Shown here: piece after piece, positions 17,621 to 26,810 of the stretch
How the letters are laid out: each line of letters starts with the position of its first letter
Position numbering within the stretch: position 1 is the first letter of the stretch
Source: Pseudoalteromonas tetraodonis
GTDB taxonomy: Bacteria; Pseudomonadota; Gammaproteobacteria; Enterobacterales; Alteromonadaceae
Length of the DNA stretch: 32,000 nucleotides
Assembly (NCBI RefSeq): GCF_002310835.1
Contig: NZ_CP011041.1
Span: 1,170,001-1,202,000, forward strand
Direction of reading: 5' to 3'
Made by a program: the position numbers and the translations under genes
The notes under the pieces: model-generated
Told to the model about the DNA's origin: nothing
The model's database searches: none
Seen by the model: the letters and a program-made list of their open reading frames with translations, nothing else

Positions 17621-17668
17621 TCAGCTATCGGCTATCAGCTATCAGCTATCAGCTATCAGCTATCAGCT
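17621..17668. repeat. Heptanucleotide microsatellite (TCAGCTA), about 7 units
   Basis: tcagcta tcGgcta tcagcta tcagcta tcagcta tcagcta tcagct, in intergenic DNA downstream of the tRNA array. Confidence 0.95.
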
Positions 17669-17781
17669 CGACTCTTATATACTAACCTGCTAATATTCTT
17701 GTCTATTCTTCAATATTCAGCTTCTTATCTCTGCATGAATTACCAAGAATCTAATCTCACTTTAAAAAAGGAAGCATTAAG

Positions 17782-18001
17782 ATGAGTACATTAGGTCAGC
17801 AATTAAAGCAGCTAAGAAATAATAAAAAATTGAGCCAACCTGAATTTGCCCAGCAAGTAGGTATATATATCAAAACTTGAAAACGATAAATCAATTCCCT
17901 CGAATGAAATATTTAGAGCTTTATTGATAGCATTAGACCTTTCAATTGATGAGTTTATGAAGCCCCTTACCTACAGCCATGACAAAACAAGACTCATGTA
18001 A
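17782..18001 (+). pseudogene. Disrupted XRE-family HTH gene (frameshift in a TA tract, followed by an in-frame TAA)
   Basis: The ATG at 17782 has a GGAAG RBS and reads MSTLGQQLKQLRNNKKLSQPEFAQQVGIYIKT*, with the stop at 17878-17880. The rest of an HTH_3 domain (KLENDKSIPSNEIFRALLIALDLSIDEFM...) continues in the +1 frame to TAA 17999-18001. The break is at (TA)4 17862-17870. Confidence 0.6.
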
Positions 18002-18079
18002 ATACCCGATTTAGAGCTGTGGTTTAAAAGTAAAGCAGTAAAGAGCTCAGTCGCACAGCGTAAAATTATATACCTCGCT

Positions 18080-18487
18080 ATGTTTCTGATTTCTTTTGGC
18101 TGTGCATTATTTTATGCAGGACATAAAAATTATCTGTTTAATGAACGCTTTTACGAATACAAATCACTGGGTGTGATCAAAACAGATGAACCCCTGAATG
18201 TTTTTACTCATTGGAGCAATTATATTATTGATTCAAACCGAGAGAAAAGAGAGGAAAAAACTCGTGAAATGCTGGCCAGAAGGGTACCCTGTTTTAAGTT
18301 AATGGATGAATACATCGGTGAATCATTTGTTGAAGAAGTCGAGGGAGGTAAACGACTTTATAACGTAGATGAACTCTCGCGAACAATACCACATGCAGGC
18401 AATAGTTGGTTTGAGTTTTTAGGTATTTTGGCTGCTGTATTTGGTTTGGCGTTCGCTTTACTGGAACCCAGATTAACCAAGCAATAA
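18080..18487 (+). CDS. Hypothetical two-TM membrane protein, possibly the 3' remnant of the disrupted XRE gene
   Basis: N-terminal TM (MFLISFGCALFYAG) and C-terminal TM (WFEFLGILAAVFGLAFALL). There is no convincing RBS. It is in the same frame as the second half of the XRE pseudogene and is open back to the TAA at 17999. Confidence 0.45.
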   Translation: MFLISFGCALFYAGHKNYLFNERFYEYKSLGVIKTDEPLNVFTHWSNYIIDSNREKREEKTREMLARRVPCFKLMDEYIGESFVEEVEGGKRLYNVDELSRTIPHAGNSWFEFLGILAAVFGLAFALLEPRLTKQ

Positions 18488-18499
18488 AAAAGTAATAAA

Positions 18500-18530
18500 A
18501 AGCCTGCTTACATGAAAACGCAGCAGGCTT
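18500..18530. terminator. Candidate shared terminator of convergent genes
   Basis: aagcctgct (18500-18508) / agcaggctt (18522-18530) with a 13-nt loop and short A and T flanks. Confidence 0.45.
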
Positions 18531-18550
18531 TAATATAAATTGGCTTGCAA

Positions 18551-20494
18551 TTATCCTTGTGGGCCAAATAACTCTTTTAAGTAAGTATCTAAAAAGTTGA
18601 GGTAGGCGTTTGAGGCGCTGATACGGTTTTCTTTTTTGCTAAAACCGTGTCCTTCATCATCAAATAATACATATTCTACTGGCACACCATTAGCTTTAAC
18701 CGCAGCAACCAACTCATCGCTTTCAACTTGTAATACGCGTGGATCATTAGCACCTTGTATTACCATTAAAGGCTTAGTGATGTTATCGGCATGAAACAGC
18801 GGTGAAATAGCACGGTGACGTTCACCATCGGTGGCAGGATCGCCCATTTCATCGTAAAGCGCCTTTTTAAAGCTTTCCCACCATGGTGGAATTGAGTTCA
18901 GTGTGCGTACCCAGTTAGTCACACCAAAAATATTGATACCTACTTTGAACTCTTCCGGTTTAAAGGCAAGCGCGGCTGCGGTCATAAAACCGCCGTAGCT
19001 ACCACCCATGATGCCGATTTTATCTGCATCGACCCAATCTAGGCTTTGTAAGTGTTTTTTACCGTAGATAATATCTTGTAGATCATCGGTGCCATGTTTT
19101 TTATCGTCTAAATGGAAAAATGTTTTACCATAGCCTGAGCTACCGCGGTTATTGACGGCAAAAATAGCATAGCCATGATTAACTAAATGTTGCTGCATTG
19201 CGCTATAACCAGTTCGGCTTTGCCCACCTGGGCCGCCATGCACCCAAATAAGTGCAGGTACTTTATTGGTGCTGCTGGCTTGTTTTGGTTTGTATAATAC
19301 GCCCGGTATTTCTAAACCATCAAAACTTTTAAAGCGCACAATGGTGCTCTCTACTAAGTCGTTTTGATCTATATCTTCACTTAATGTGTTGGTAAGTTGC
19401 TTGGCTTCATTACTGCCAACTTGCCAAACAAATAAGTTGCTTGGTGAGGTATCTGAATTTAAATAAAACGCCATGGTTTTCTCATCGCTTGAGAAATTCA
19501 CACCACGTAGATTTCCCGCAGGTAATTTAGGCATGGCAATTTCATCCCCAGTTTGCGTGTCTTTTACTGTGACCTTTGTGCTGGCATCAGCATTTACACC
19601 GCTTACTTGGTATCGCCCAGATTTAGAAAAATCAATAAAGCTAACGTCCCAATCATCTTTTAATGCTGGACTGTGCTTGCCTGTGGCGAGCTCATATTGC
19701 CACACCTCTGAAAACTCTCCTTTAGCGTCTGTTGAGTAGTATAAATATTTGCTGTCTACAGAGAAGGTCTCAGGCGTATATTGTGCTGGTGTATCGTGTT
19801 TTGAAATTAATTGCGGCTTGAGGGTTTTCTTATAGGTATCAAGAATAAACGTATCGCTGTCTTTATTGGTATTATTTTTAGACAGCGCAATGTAGCGTCC
19901 ATCAGGGCTAATTGCGCCCACATCTAGTCCTTGTGTGTTTTGATAAACGGGCGTGACTTTATAGGTTTTGCTATCTACGCGATACAAGTCCATAAACTTG
20001 GCATCGCGTTGATTACTGGTAATAAAAAACTGACTGCCATCTTTAGTAAAGCCTGCAAAACTCGCGCGGGTTTCTTCCCCTGGGGTTAAATCTTTGATTG
20101 AACCATCAACTTCACGCACATAAACATGGTAGCGCTCATTACCGCCTGAGTCCTTGGTAAATAGTACACGCTCATCATTTGGGAAATAGCGAATAGGGTA
20201 GGTGCTGTCTTCAAAATTGGTTAGGCGCGTTTTGCTACCTGTTTTTACATCAACTTCATACAAGCTGTAAATACCGCTTTCATCGCTACTAACTAGAACT
20301 TTATCGCCAGTCGGGGAAAAGCTACTGCCCATGATAGATGTTGTATCAAAAAAGGTTTTAGCGTTATAGGTTTTTACTTGTCGTGTTTGCTCAGTTGCCA
20401 CAGGGGTAGAGGCTGAATTATTAGATTGACTGCAACCTGTTAATGCAATTGATACTGCACAGGTAATACAGGCAAATTTGAGGGCTTTTTTCAT
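18551..20494 (-). CDS. S9-family serine peptidase (prolyl oligopeptidase / dipeptidyl-peptidase type), lipoprotein
   Basis: C-terminal alpha/beta-hydrolase triad context: GIMGGSYGGFM (Ser), QGANDPRV (Asp), DEGHGF (His). N-terminal beta-propeller-like repeats. I place the start at ATG 20494 (MKKALKFACITCAVSIALTGC lipobox, AAGGA RBS) rather than the track's 20557. Confidence 0.85.
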   Translation of the reverse strand: MKKALKFACITCAVSIALTGCSQSNNSASTPVATEQTRQVKTYNAKTFFDTTSIMGSSFSPTGDKVLVSSDESGIYSLYEVDVKTGSKTRLTNFEDSTYPIRYFPNDERVLFTKDSGGNERYHVYVREVDGSIKDLTPGEETRASFAGFTKDGSQFFITSNQRDAKFMDLYRVDSKTYKVTPVYQNTQGLDVGAISPDGRYIALSKNNTNKDSDTFILDTYKKTLKPQLISKHDTPAQYTPETFSVDSKYLYYSTDAKGEFSEVWQYELATGKHSPALKDDWDVSFIDFSKSGRYQVSGVNADASTKVTVKDTQTGDEIAMPKLPAGNLRGVNFSSDEKTMAFYLNSDTSPSNLFVWQVGSNEAKQLTNTLSEDIDQNDLVESTIVRFKSFDGLEIPGVLYKPKQASSTNKVPALIWVHGGPGGQSRTGYSAMQQHLVNHGYAIFAVNNRGSSGYGKTFFHLDDKKHGTDDLQDIIYGKKHLQSLDWVDADKIGIMGGSYGGFMTAAALAFKPEEFKVGINIFGVTNWVRTLNSIPPWWESFKKALYDEMGDPATDGERHRAISPLFHADNITKPLMVIQGANDPRVLQVESDELVAAVKANGVPVEYVLFDDEGHGFSKKENRISASNAYLNFLDTYLKELFGPQG

Positions 20495-20656
20495 AGATAC
20501 ATTCCTTGGATTATAATTATGGACTTTTAGTGTTAACCGAAGGTTTTTTAAACGCAAGTAATTAGCCTATTCGAACTGCAATAAAGTGTTACAAACCATG
20601 TAGCCCACGAAAATAGAAAACCAGTTATAATTCACTTTCAAAATCAGGGAGTATTT

Positions 20657-21247
20657 ATGATAGAAGTCATTGGGTTACATAAACAGTTTGCTGAAAACGT
20701 ATTGTACAGTGGTTATAGTGTGCAGTTTTGTGCACCTAAAATATGCATTGAAGCGCCTAATGGCCAAGGTAAAACAACGCTGTTGATGATGTTGGCAGAG
20801 CTCGAAACGCGCCAAAGTGGGCAGATTTTATTTTCTAAAAAAGCATTAACCGAACCGCATAAACAAGTTGCTATAGCATCAGACTGTATTGCTTTACCTG
20901 ACTTTCTTACGGCAAAGCAAATTATTAACTTGTCCGTGAATACGCTGGGTTGTGATTGGCCAACGACAATAATAGATGGGTTTAATTTCAATGAATTTTT
21001 AAATACTCGTTTTGATGCGCTGTCGTCAGGTAATCAAAAGAAATGCCAGTTAATTTTAGCGCTTATGCGTGATGCACCTTATTTACTTCTAGACGAACCC
21101 AGCGCAGCACTTGATCAAGCCAGTATTCAGTATTTATTAGTACTGCTTGATGAATATCTAATAGATAAGCCAAATGGGCAAATAGTCATCACCTGCCATG
21201 AACCAGCGCCATTTATTGAGCGTGGCTTTGAGTGTATACCGTTATGA
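20657..21247 (+). CDS. Short ABC-transporter ATP-binding protein with deviant motifs
   Basis: Walker A APNGQGKTT, signature LSSGNQKK (canonical LSGGQ), Walker B YLLLDEP, D-loop SAALD and H-loop ITCHE. It is only 196 aa. GGGAG RBS. Confidence 0.8.
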   Translation: MIEVIGLHKQFAENVLYSGYSVQFCAPKICIEAPNGQGKTTLLMMLAELETRQSGQILFSKKALTEPHKQVAIASDCIALPDFLTAKQIINLSVNTLGCDWPTTIIDGFNFNEFLNTRFDALSSGNQKKCQLILALMRDAPYLLLDEPSAALDQASIQYLLVLLDEYLIDKPNGQIVITCHEPAPFIERGFECIPL

Positions 21248-22356
21248 TTGCAAATTTAAAACAATCAATCGGGCAATATCGCTCTTTTATGGATTATCGT
21301 TATCAGGCTTACAAAACTGAACTCACGCAATTATTGTTACAACTAAAAAGCTTTGGGTTGTTATTTTTAGTGGTGTTAGGCTCGTCAGTGTTGGGTTTGA
21401 TATTGCTACTTTTTTTAGGCCTTGGAAAAATTATAGACAGCAGCGCAGCACCCCAATACGGTGCACAAATGGCTTTATTTTATTTGTTACTACAAAGTGT
21501 GATGCTCAGCGCAATGAAGTCAGCAATTAAAAATAGTAAGCAGCGGTTATTTCAGCAAACTATTGCACGATCAGTTTGGTTAAATTTAGTCGATATTAAA
21601 CTATTAACGCTCAGTAATGCATGGCTTATAGCCAGTGTATTAATTGCGCTAGATTTAACGCTAACACAATGGGTTAAAGTACCGCATTTTATTGTATTTA
21701 TGTTGCTGCAGTTTATCTTGGGCGTTTTGTGTTTATACAAAACCAGCGCACTGGTATATGGCTTTTTGTTTAGCACGATATTAGTGCTGGTTCCTATTCA
21801 TATGCAGCCGCTCACTTATCATATGGGCTTTGCTTTATTGTTTGCGCTGAGCCTTTTTGTCCCCGTGGTTAATGTTAACGGGCGTATTGCAGTAAGTTCA
21901 TTATTGGGCTTTTGGTTTTGTTATTTATTAAACCATTGTTGGACACTTGTTTGGCGCGTGTCGTTACTTTTATGTGTATTCATGGCATCAGCTGCGCTAA
22001 TAAACGAACGTGCTGATTTAGTACCTATACTTGTGATATTAGCCATGGCTTTTATTGTACTCTTTAGTAGTTCATTGCAATTTGATTGCGGTAGGGTGTA
22101 TGAGCAGTATCGATTATTTTTTAAAACATGCGAGCAAGAACGCGCCTTTTATATTAGCCAGTTTTTACCTAGCATATTGCTGTTTTTATTAGCCACAATA
22201 AGTTATAGCGTTATTTTTGGTTACACTCATATTGTATTATTTGTCATTGGAAATATGTGGTGTGTATTACAGGTTTACCTTGCACAAAAAAAACCAGCGC
22301 ATTATGCGCTGGTTTGGCTAATTTTAGCAGGGTTGCTGCTAGCTTTACTAAACTAG
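21244..22356 (+). CDS. Polytopic (about 9-10 TM) membrane protein of unknown family, putative permease partner of the ABC ATPase
   Basis: The ATG at 21244 overlaps the ATPase stop (ATGA), which suggests translational coupling. The track's alternative start is GTG 21232. The protein is highly hydrophobic throughout and I recognise no family. Confidence 0.55.
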   Translation: MIANLKQSIGQYRSFMDYRYQAYKTELTQLLLQLKSFGLLFLVVLGSSVLGLILLLFLGLGKIIDSSAAPQYGAQMALFYLLLQSVMLSAMKSAIKNSKQRLFQQTIARSVWLNLVDIKLLTLSNAWLIASVLIALDLTLTQWVKVPHFIVFMLLQFILGVLCLYKTSALVYGFLFSTILVLVPIHMQPLTYHMGFALLFALSLFVPVVNVNGRIAVSSLLGFWFCYLLNHCWTLVWRVSLLLCVFMASAALINERADLVPILVILAMAFIVLFSSSLQFDCGRVYEQYRLFFKTCEQERAFYISQFLPSILLFLLATISYSVIFGYTHIVLFVIGNMWCVLQVYLAQKKPAHYALVWLILAGLLLALLN

Positions 22357-24819
22357 TTAAGCGGCATCTGCCTTTTTAGATTTAGCTTTGCTATTACGCG
22401 CTGCTTTGCCGGCAAGTAAATCTGCAGGGTCAAAGTCGTCAACGTTAATAACGTCTAAGCGAGCTTGTTCAACAGCTGCTAACTTATCAGCTTCAGCTTG
22501 GCTTAAAATGCCGGCTTCTAAGCCCATTTGCGCCACTTTATCAAGTTGGAAGAATGGCAATTTAACGCCTTTCTCTTTACATACGCGTTCAAATAAAGGC
22601 TCTACCTCTAGCACGTCTTTAAGCGTTTGCTCTTGACGACCTACAAGGTTAAGCGGCTCGTTTGTAAGGTATACATAACTTGCTAAACGATTACGCGTTT
22701 CGCTAGGCACTTGCAGTAATTGCGCTAGTTTATGCTCAAGTTTGTCGGTAGGTTTACGAACCGGGCGACCAAACGGGAATAACAATACTTTTAATACGCC
22801 ACGAAGTGGTGCAGATGGCATATTGTTGATTAAATCAGCAAGCGCACGTTGACAGTGGTAAAGGTGATCCTGACAGCTCCACTGAACCAGTGCAAAATCT
22901 TCTTTTTTACGGCCTTCGTCGTTATAACGTTTAAGCGTTGCAGACACTAAGTAAAGGTAGCTTAATAAGTCACCTAAGCGTGCTGAAATACGTTCTTTAC
23001 GTTTAAGTGAACCACCAAATACTGCCATACTAATATCAGACATAAGTGCAAGCGATGCACTAAAGCGTGAAGCTATACGATAAAACTCTGCCGTTTCGTC
23101 TTTGTACGGCACACTAGTAAAGCGAGCGCCAGTAAGTGCAAGCCACTTAGTGCGTACTAGGTTAGACATGGTAAAGCCAATGTGGCCCATTAGCGCTTTA
23201 TCAAATACGTTAAGCGCTTCTTCGCGGTCTTCAATTTCACACGCACCTAGCTCGGTAAGTACAAATGGATGACAACGAATAGCACCTTGACCATAAATAA
23301 TCATATTACGGGTCAAGATGTTTGCACCTTCAACGGTAATGGCAATAGGTGCACCTTGATAGCCACGACCTAAATAGTTATTTGGCCCAAGCATGATCCC
23401 TTTACCGCCTAGCACGTCCATTGCATGAATGGTGGCATCGCGCATTTGCTCGGTAAGGTGGTATTTAATAATAGCCGAAATCACAGATGGTTTTTCGCCT
23501 AAATCAACAGCACCGGTAGACATACTTACTGCAGCGTCTGAGCTGTAAGCATAACCGGCAAGCTTCGCCATTGACTCTTCAACCCCTTCCATTTTACCAA
23601 TTGGTAAGCGGAATTGACGACGAATACGGCTATAAGCACCTGTTGCTACAGCAATCATTTTAATGCCACCGGCTGAATTTGACGGCAATGTAATTGCACG
23701 ACCAACCGATAAACACTCAACCAGCATACGCCAGCCTTGACCAGCCATTTCTGGGCCACCAATAATGTAATCAAGTGGTACAAAAATATCTTTACCGCGA
23801 GTAGGGCCATTTTGGAACGGCACATTAAGCGGGAAGTGACGACGACCAATTTCTACCCCAGGGGTATCTGTTGGGATAAGTGCACAGGTAATACCAGGCT
23901 CTTTAACGTCACTTAATAATCCATCTGGATCTTGTAATTTAAATGCTAGACCAAGAACCGTAGCTACAGGTGCAAGTGTAATGTAACGCTTGTTCCATGT
24001 AAGGCTTACACCGACTACTTCTTCGCCATTCCATTGCCCTTTACATACTACACCGTAGTCTGGAATTGAGCTTGCATCAGAACCTGCCTCTGGCGAAGTA
24101 AGAGCAAAACATGGAATTTCTTGACCGCTTGCTAAACGCGGTAAGTAATGATTTTTTTGATCTTCAGTACCGTAGTGCTGTAATAACTCACCCGGGCCTA
24201 ACGAGTTAGGTACTCCAACAATTGACGAAAGCAATGTTGATTTACTGGTTAGTTTTTGCAGTACACACGATTGTGCAAATGCAGAGAATTCTAAGCCGCC
24301 GTATTCCTTTTTAATGATCATGGCAAAGAATTTGTTATCTTTCAGATATTGCCATACATCCTGAGGTAAATCCGTTAGCTCATGCGTAGCTTCCCAATCG
24401 TCCAGCATACTACATACAACTTCAACAGGGCCGTCGATAAATGCCTGCTCTTCAATAGTAAGCTTTGGAACTGGATACTGGTGAAGCTTTTTCCAATCTG
24501 GGTTACCACAAAATAAATCAGCTTCCCACCAAGTTGTACCGGCATCAATAGCTGACTTTTCGGTGTCAGACATGCTCGGTGTAACTTTTTTGAAGACCTT
24601 GAAAATAGGCTTGATAATATATTGCTGACGAATGCCAGTAACAGAAAGAGGCACTGCGATGATTAAAAAGATCACCCAGCTAATTAAACCAAAAGCACCA
24701 GCAAAGGTACCAATTAATAATGTTGCGGCAGAAACACCAAGTGCTGTGTTCCAACTCGCTCTGTGGTAAAGCGCAATGCTGAGCAGTGCGATTAAACCGA
24801 GTGTAAATATGAGTGTCAT
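22357..24819 (-). CDS. fadE: Acyl-CoA dehydrogenase FadE
   Basis: 820 aa. Two N-terminal TM helices followed by ACAD domains ([37 protein letters not shown]). Length and layout match E. coli FadE. Confidence 0.9.
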   Translation of the reverse strand: MTLIFTLGLIALLSIALYHRASWNTALGVSAATLLIGTFAGAFGLISWVIFLIIAVPLSVTGIRQQYIIKPIFKVFKKVTPSMSDTEKSAIDAGTTWWEADLFCGNPDWKKLHQYPVPKLTIEEQAFIDGPVEVVCSMLDDWEATHELTDLPQDVWQYLKDNKFFAMIIKKEYGGLEFSAFAQSCVLQKLTSKSTLLSSIVGVPNSLGPGELLQHYGTEDQKNHYLPRLASGQEIPCFALTSPEAGSDASSIPDYGVVCKGQWNGEEVVGVSLTWNKRYITLAPVATVLGLAFKLQDPDGLLSDVKEPGITCALIPTDTPGVEIGRRHFPLNVPFQNGPTRGKDIFVPLDYIIGGPEMAGQGWRMLVECLSVGRAITLPSNSAGGIKMIAVATGAYSRIRRQFRLPIGKMEGVEESMAKLAGYAYSSDAAVSMSTGAVDLGEKPSVISAIIKYHLTEQMRDATIHAMDVLGGKGIMLGPNNYLGRGYQGAPIAITVEGANILTRNMIIYGQGAIRCHPFVLTELGACEIEDREEALNVFDKALMGHIGFTMSNLVRTKWLALTGARFTSVPYKDETAEFYRIASRFSASLALMSDISMAVFGGSLKRKERISARLGDLLSYLYLVSATLKRYNDEGRKKEDFALVQWSCQDHLYHCQRALADLINNMPSAPLRGVLKVLLFPFGRPVRKPTDKLEHKLAQLLQVPSETRNRLASYVYLTNEPLNLVGRQEQTLKDVLEVEPLFERVCKEKGVKLPFFQLDKVAQMGLEAGILSQAEADKLAAVEQARLDVINVDDFDPADLLAGKAARNSKAKSKKADAA

Positions 24820-24834
24820 TGCTAATTCCTTAAT

Positions 24835-24851
24835 AGAGGTCAGACCACCTT
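24835..24851 (-). promoter_or_regulatory. Candidate FadR operator in the fadE leader
   Basis: The minus strand reads AAGGTGGTCTGACCTCT. Its core TGGTCTGACC fits the E. coli FadR consensus (..CTGGTCnGACC..). It lies 16-32 nt upstream of the fadE ATG. Confidence 0.4.
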
Positions 24852-25126
24852 GTTTAGAGTAGCGCTAGTAACGCTAAGTTTCAAGTACATTACTTAGATT
24901 AAAGTGTAGTTATCGGTACGATTATTACAATCCGTTGTATGTTATACGAACAGTTTGGCTGTAATCGTTTATTTTGGCTTATCATAAAAAATATAAGCGT
25001 TAAAAAATCAATTAATCTAGTAGTAATATAAGTTTAATTAAGTAAATATACTTATGATTTTCAGTGTACGCTTATTAAAAATAGAACGATATTCTATGTT
25101 TAGCTTTTTAAAGGTTTATTTATTTT

Positions 25127-25891
25127 ATGTGTGAATTACTTGGCATGTCAGCCAATGTGCCAACGGATATTTGTTTTAGTTTTTCAGGGTTGTTGGAGCG
25201 CGGTGGCAATACGGGGCCGCATAAAGATGGCTGGGGCATTACTTTTTATGAAGGCAAAGGTTGTAGAACCTTTAAAGATCCTGAGCCAAGTTACCAGTCA
25301 GAAATAGCTAAATTAGTTAAAGCTTATCCGATTAAAAGCGTATCGGTGATAAGTCATATTCGTCAAGGCAACCGCGGGCGAGTGTGTCTTGAAAACACCC
25401 ATCCGTTTACTCGTGAGTTGTGGGGGCGTGAAATAACCTATGCTCATAACGGGCAGCTTTCAAATTATCATGATTTAAAACCTGAATATTATCGACCTGT
25501 GGGTAATACCGATAGCGAGTTGGCATTTTGCTGGTTGCTTGACAAAATTCGTGAAAAGTACCCGCAGCGACCAAGTAATATGGCGTCGGTTTTTAGATAT
25601 GCGGCTAAGCTTTCGCATACGCTACGTGAAAAAGGCGTGTTTAATATGTTATTGACCGATGGTGTATTTGTTTTAGCGTATTGTACTAATAATTTACATT
25701 ATATAACGCGCCGTGCGCCATTTGGTAAAGCAACACTTATTGATGCTGATATGGTGGTCGACTTTCAACAAGAAACCACACCAAACGATGTGGTAACGGT
25801 TATAGCAACAAGGCCGCTAACCAACGATGAACGCTGGCAAAAAATGCAGCCAGGAGAGTTTGCGTTATTTAAAATGGGTGAATTAATGTAG
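25127..25891 (+). CDS. yafJ: Class II (Ntn) glutamine amidotransferase, YafJ-like
   Basis: N-terminal MCELLGMSANVPTDICFSF with the catalytic Cys2, about 254 aa, as in E. coli YafJ. Confidence 0.85.
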   Translation: MCELLGMSANVPTDICFSFSGLLERGGNTGPHKDGWGITFYEGKGCRTFKDPEPSYQSEIAKLVKAYPIKSVSVISHIRQGNRGRVCLENTHPFTRELWGREITYAHNGQLSNYHDLKPEYYRPVGNTDSELAFCWLLDKIREKYPQRPSNMASVFRYAAKLSHTLREKGVFNMLLTDGVFVLAYCTNNLHYITRRAPFGKATLIDADMVVDFQQETTPNDVVTVIATRPLTNDERWQKMQPGEFALFKMGELM

Positions 25892-25946
25892 GTTGGTAGA
25901 GTAAAACGAAACTCAACTTAAAGTTTCAAATTTAAGTATTGAAATG

Positions 25947-25985
25947 AAAAGCCCAAGTTATGGTTATCACACTTGGGCTTTTTAT
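25947..25985. terminator. Terminator between the convergent yafJ and DUF3108 genes
   Basis: aaaagcccaagt (25947-25958) / acttgggctttt (25971-25982) with a 12-nt loop and a T-run. Confidence 0.7.
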
Positions 25986-26003
25986 TAGCACCTTGTAAGC
26001 ATT

Positions 26004-26810
26004 TTATTCTGGTGTTAGTTCGCTTTTAACTTCTGCAGATAAAGCAGGTGGATTGATCACGGTAAACGATTTCATTTGCACTTCAAACTGCTCCACACCT
26101 TTTTCACCCTTCCACATGCGCACTAGCATGTAATCCATTTCTGGGGCAAACCAGGCTAAAGCTTGGCGTTTATCGTTATCGTATAAGCGTTTAACTTTCA
26201 CTGCTTCTACATTACCTATAGGCAGAGAAATCATTTCGGTTTCTACCACTTCAAAGTCGTAGTCACGGCAATTACCTTTTTTATCAACCAGTGGAAACGA
26301 GAAACTGGTTTTTCCTTTTTTAAGTCCTTCACGAACTTGTACTTGATAAGAAATACCATCTTGGAAGTTATCATGCCATTGGCATTTTAACGGGTAATCG
26401 CTGGTGTTACTGGTAACAGTTTTGGTTAGACGGTCAAAGTTAATTTTATACTTTTTGTCAGGCCCAGTGCCTGTTCGGATCATCGTGTAATCAATAGGCT
26501 CTACTGTATCATTCATAAAGCTAAAGGTTGATGACTCTTGACGTGAGTCAGAGAAAATCATCCATTCAATATCGCTGTGGTAAGTGACTCGGTAGTTATT
26601 ATTATCGAGTTTTTTTAGTTCACGCTCGGCTTTGCCATGATTAGTGCCTTTGCGCAAAATATCGTAGCTGGCTTGATACTGGGTTAACTCACCTGCAATC
26701 AGGCTGGTAGGAAGTAATAAAGTGCCCGCACATAATAGCCAGGCACTTAATTTTTTATTTTGGGTAGTGCGCGCCGTGTGCAGGAAGTTGTTTTTCGTCA
26801 AGAACTGCAT
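26004..26810 (-). CDS. DUF3108-like exported protein
   Basis: Signal peptide KKLSAWLLCAGTLLLPTSLIAG and a beta-rich body. It sits downstream of purN. The start is ambiguous (ATG 26810 or 26840), and both choices overlap the purN 3' end. Confidence 0.6.
   Translation of the reverse strand: MQFLTKNNFLHTARTTQNKKLSAWLLCAGTLLLPTSLIAGELTQYQASYDILRKGTNHGKAERELKKLDNNNYRVTYHSDIEWMIFSDSRQESSTFSFMNDTVEPIDYTMIRTGTGPDKKYKINFDRLTKTVTSNTSDYPLKCQWHDNFQDGISYQVQVREGLKKGKTSFSFPLVDKKGNCRDYDFEVVETEMISLPIGNVEAVKVKRLYDNDKRQALAWFAPEMDYMLVRMWKGEKGVEQFEVQMKSFTVINPPALSAEVKSELTPE

Noticed and set aside
17556-22400. Search for an att-like direct repeat of the tRNA-Asp 3' end, or for integrase or transposase remnants that would delimit a genomic island
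   Set aside because: I could not find a copy of the tRNA 3' segment (…gagtcccgtccactccgcca) or any recombinase-like ORF by eye. The island interpretation therefore rests only on synteny and composition and is reported as inference, not as a mobile-element feature.
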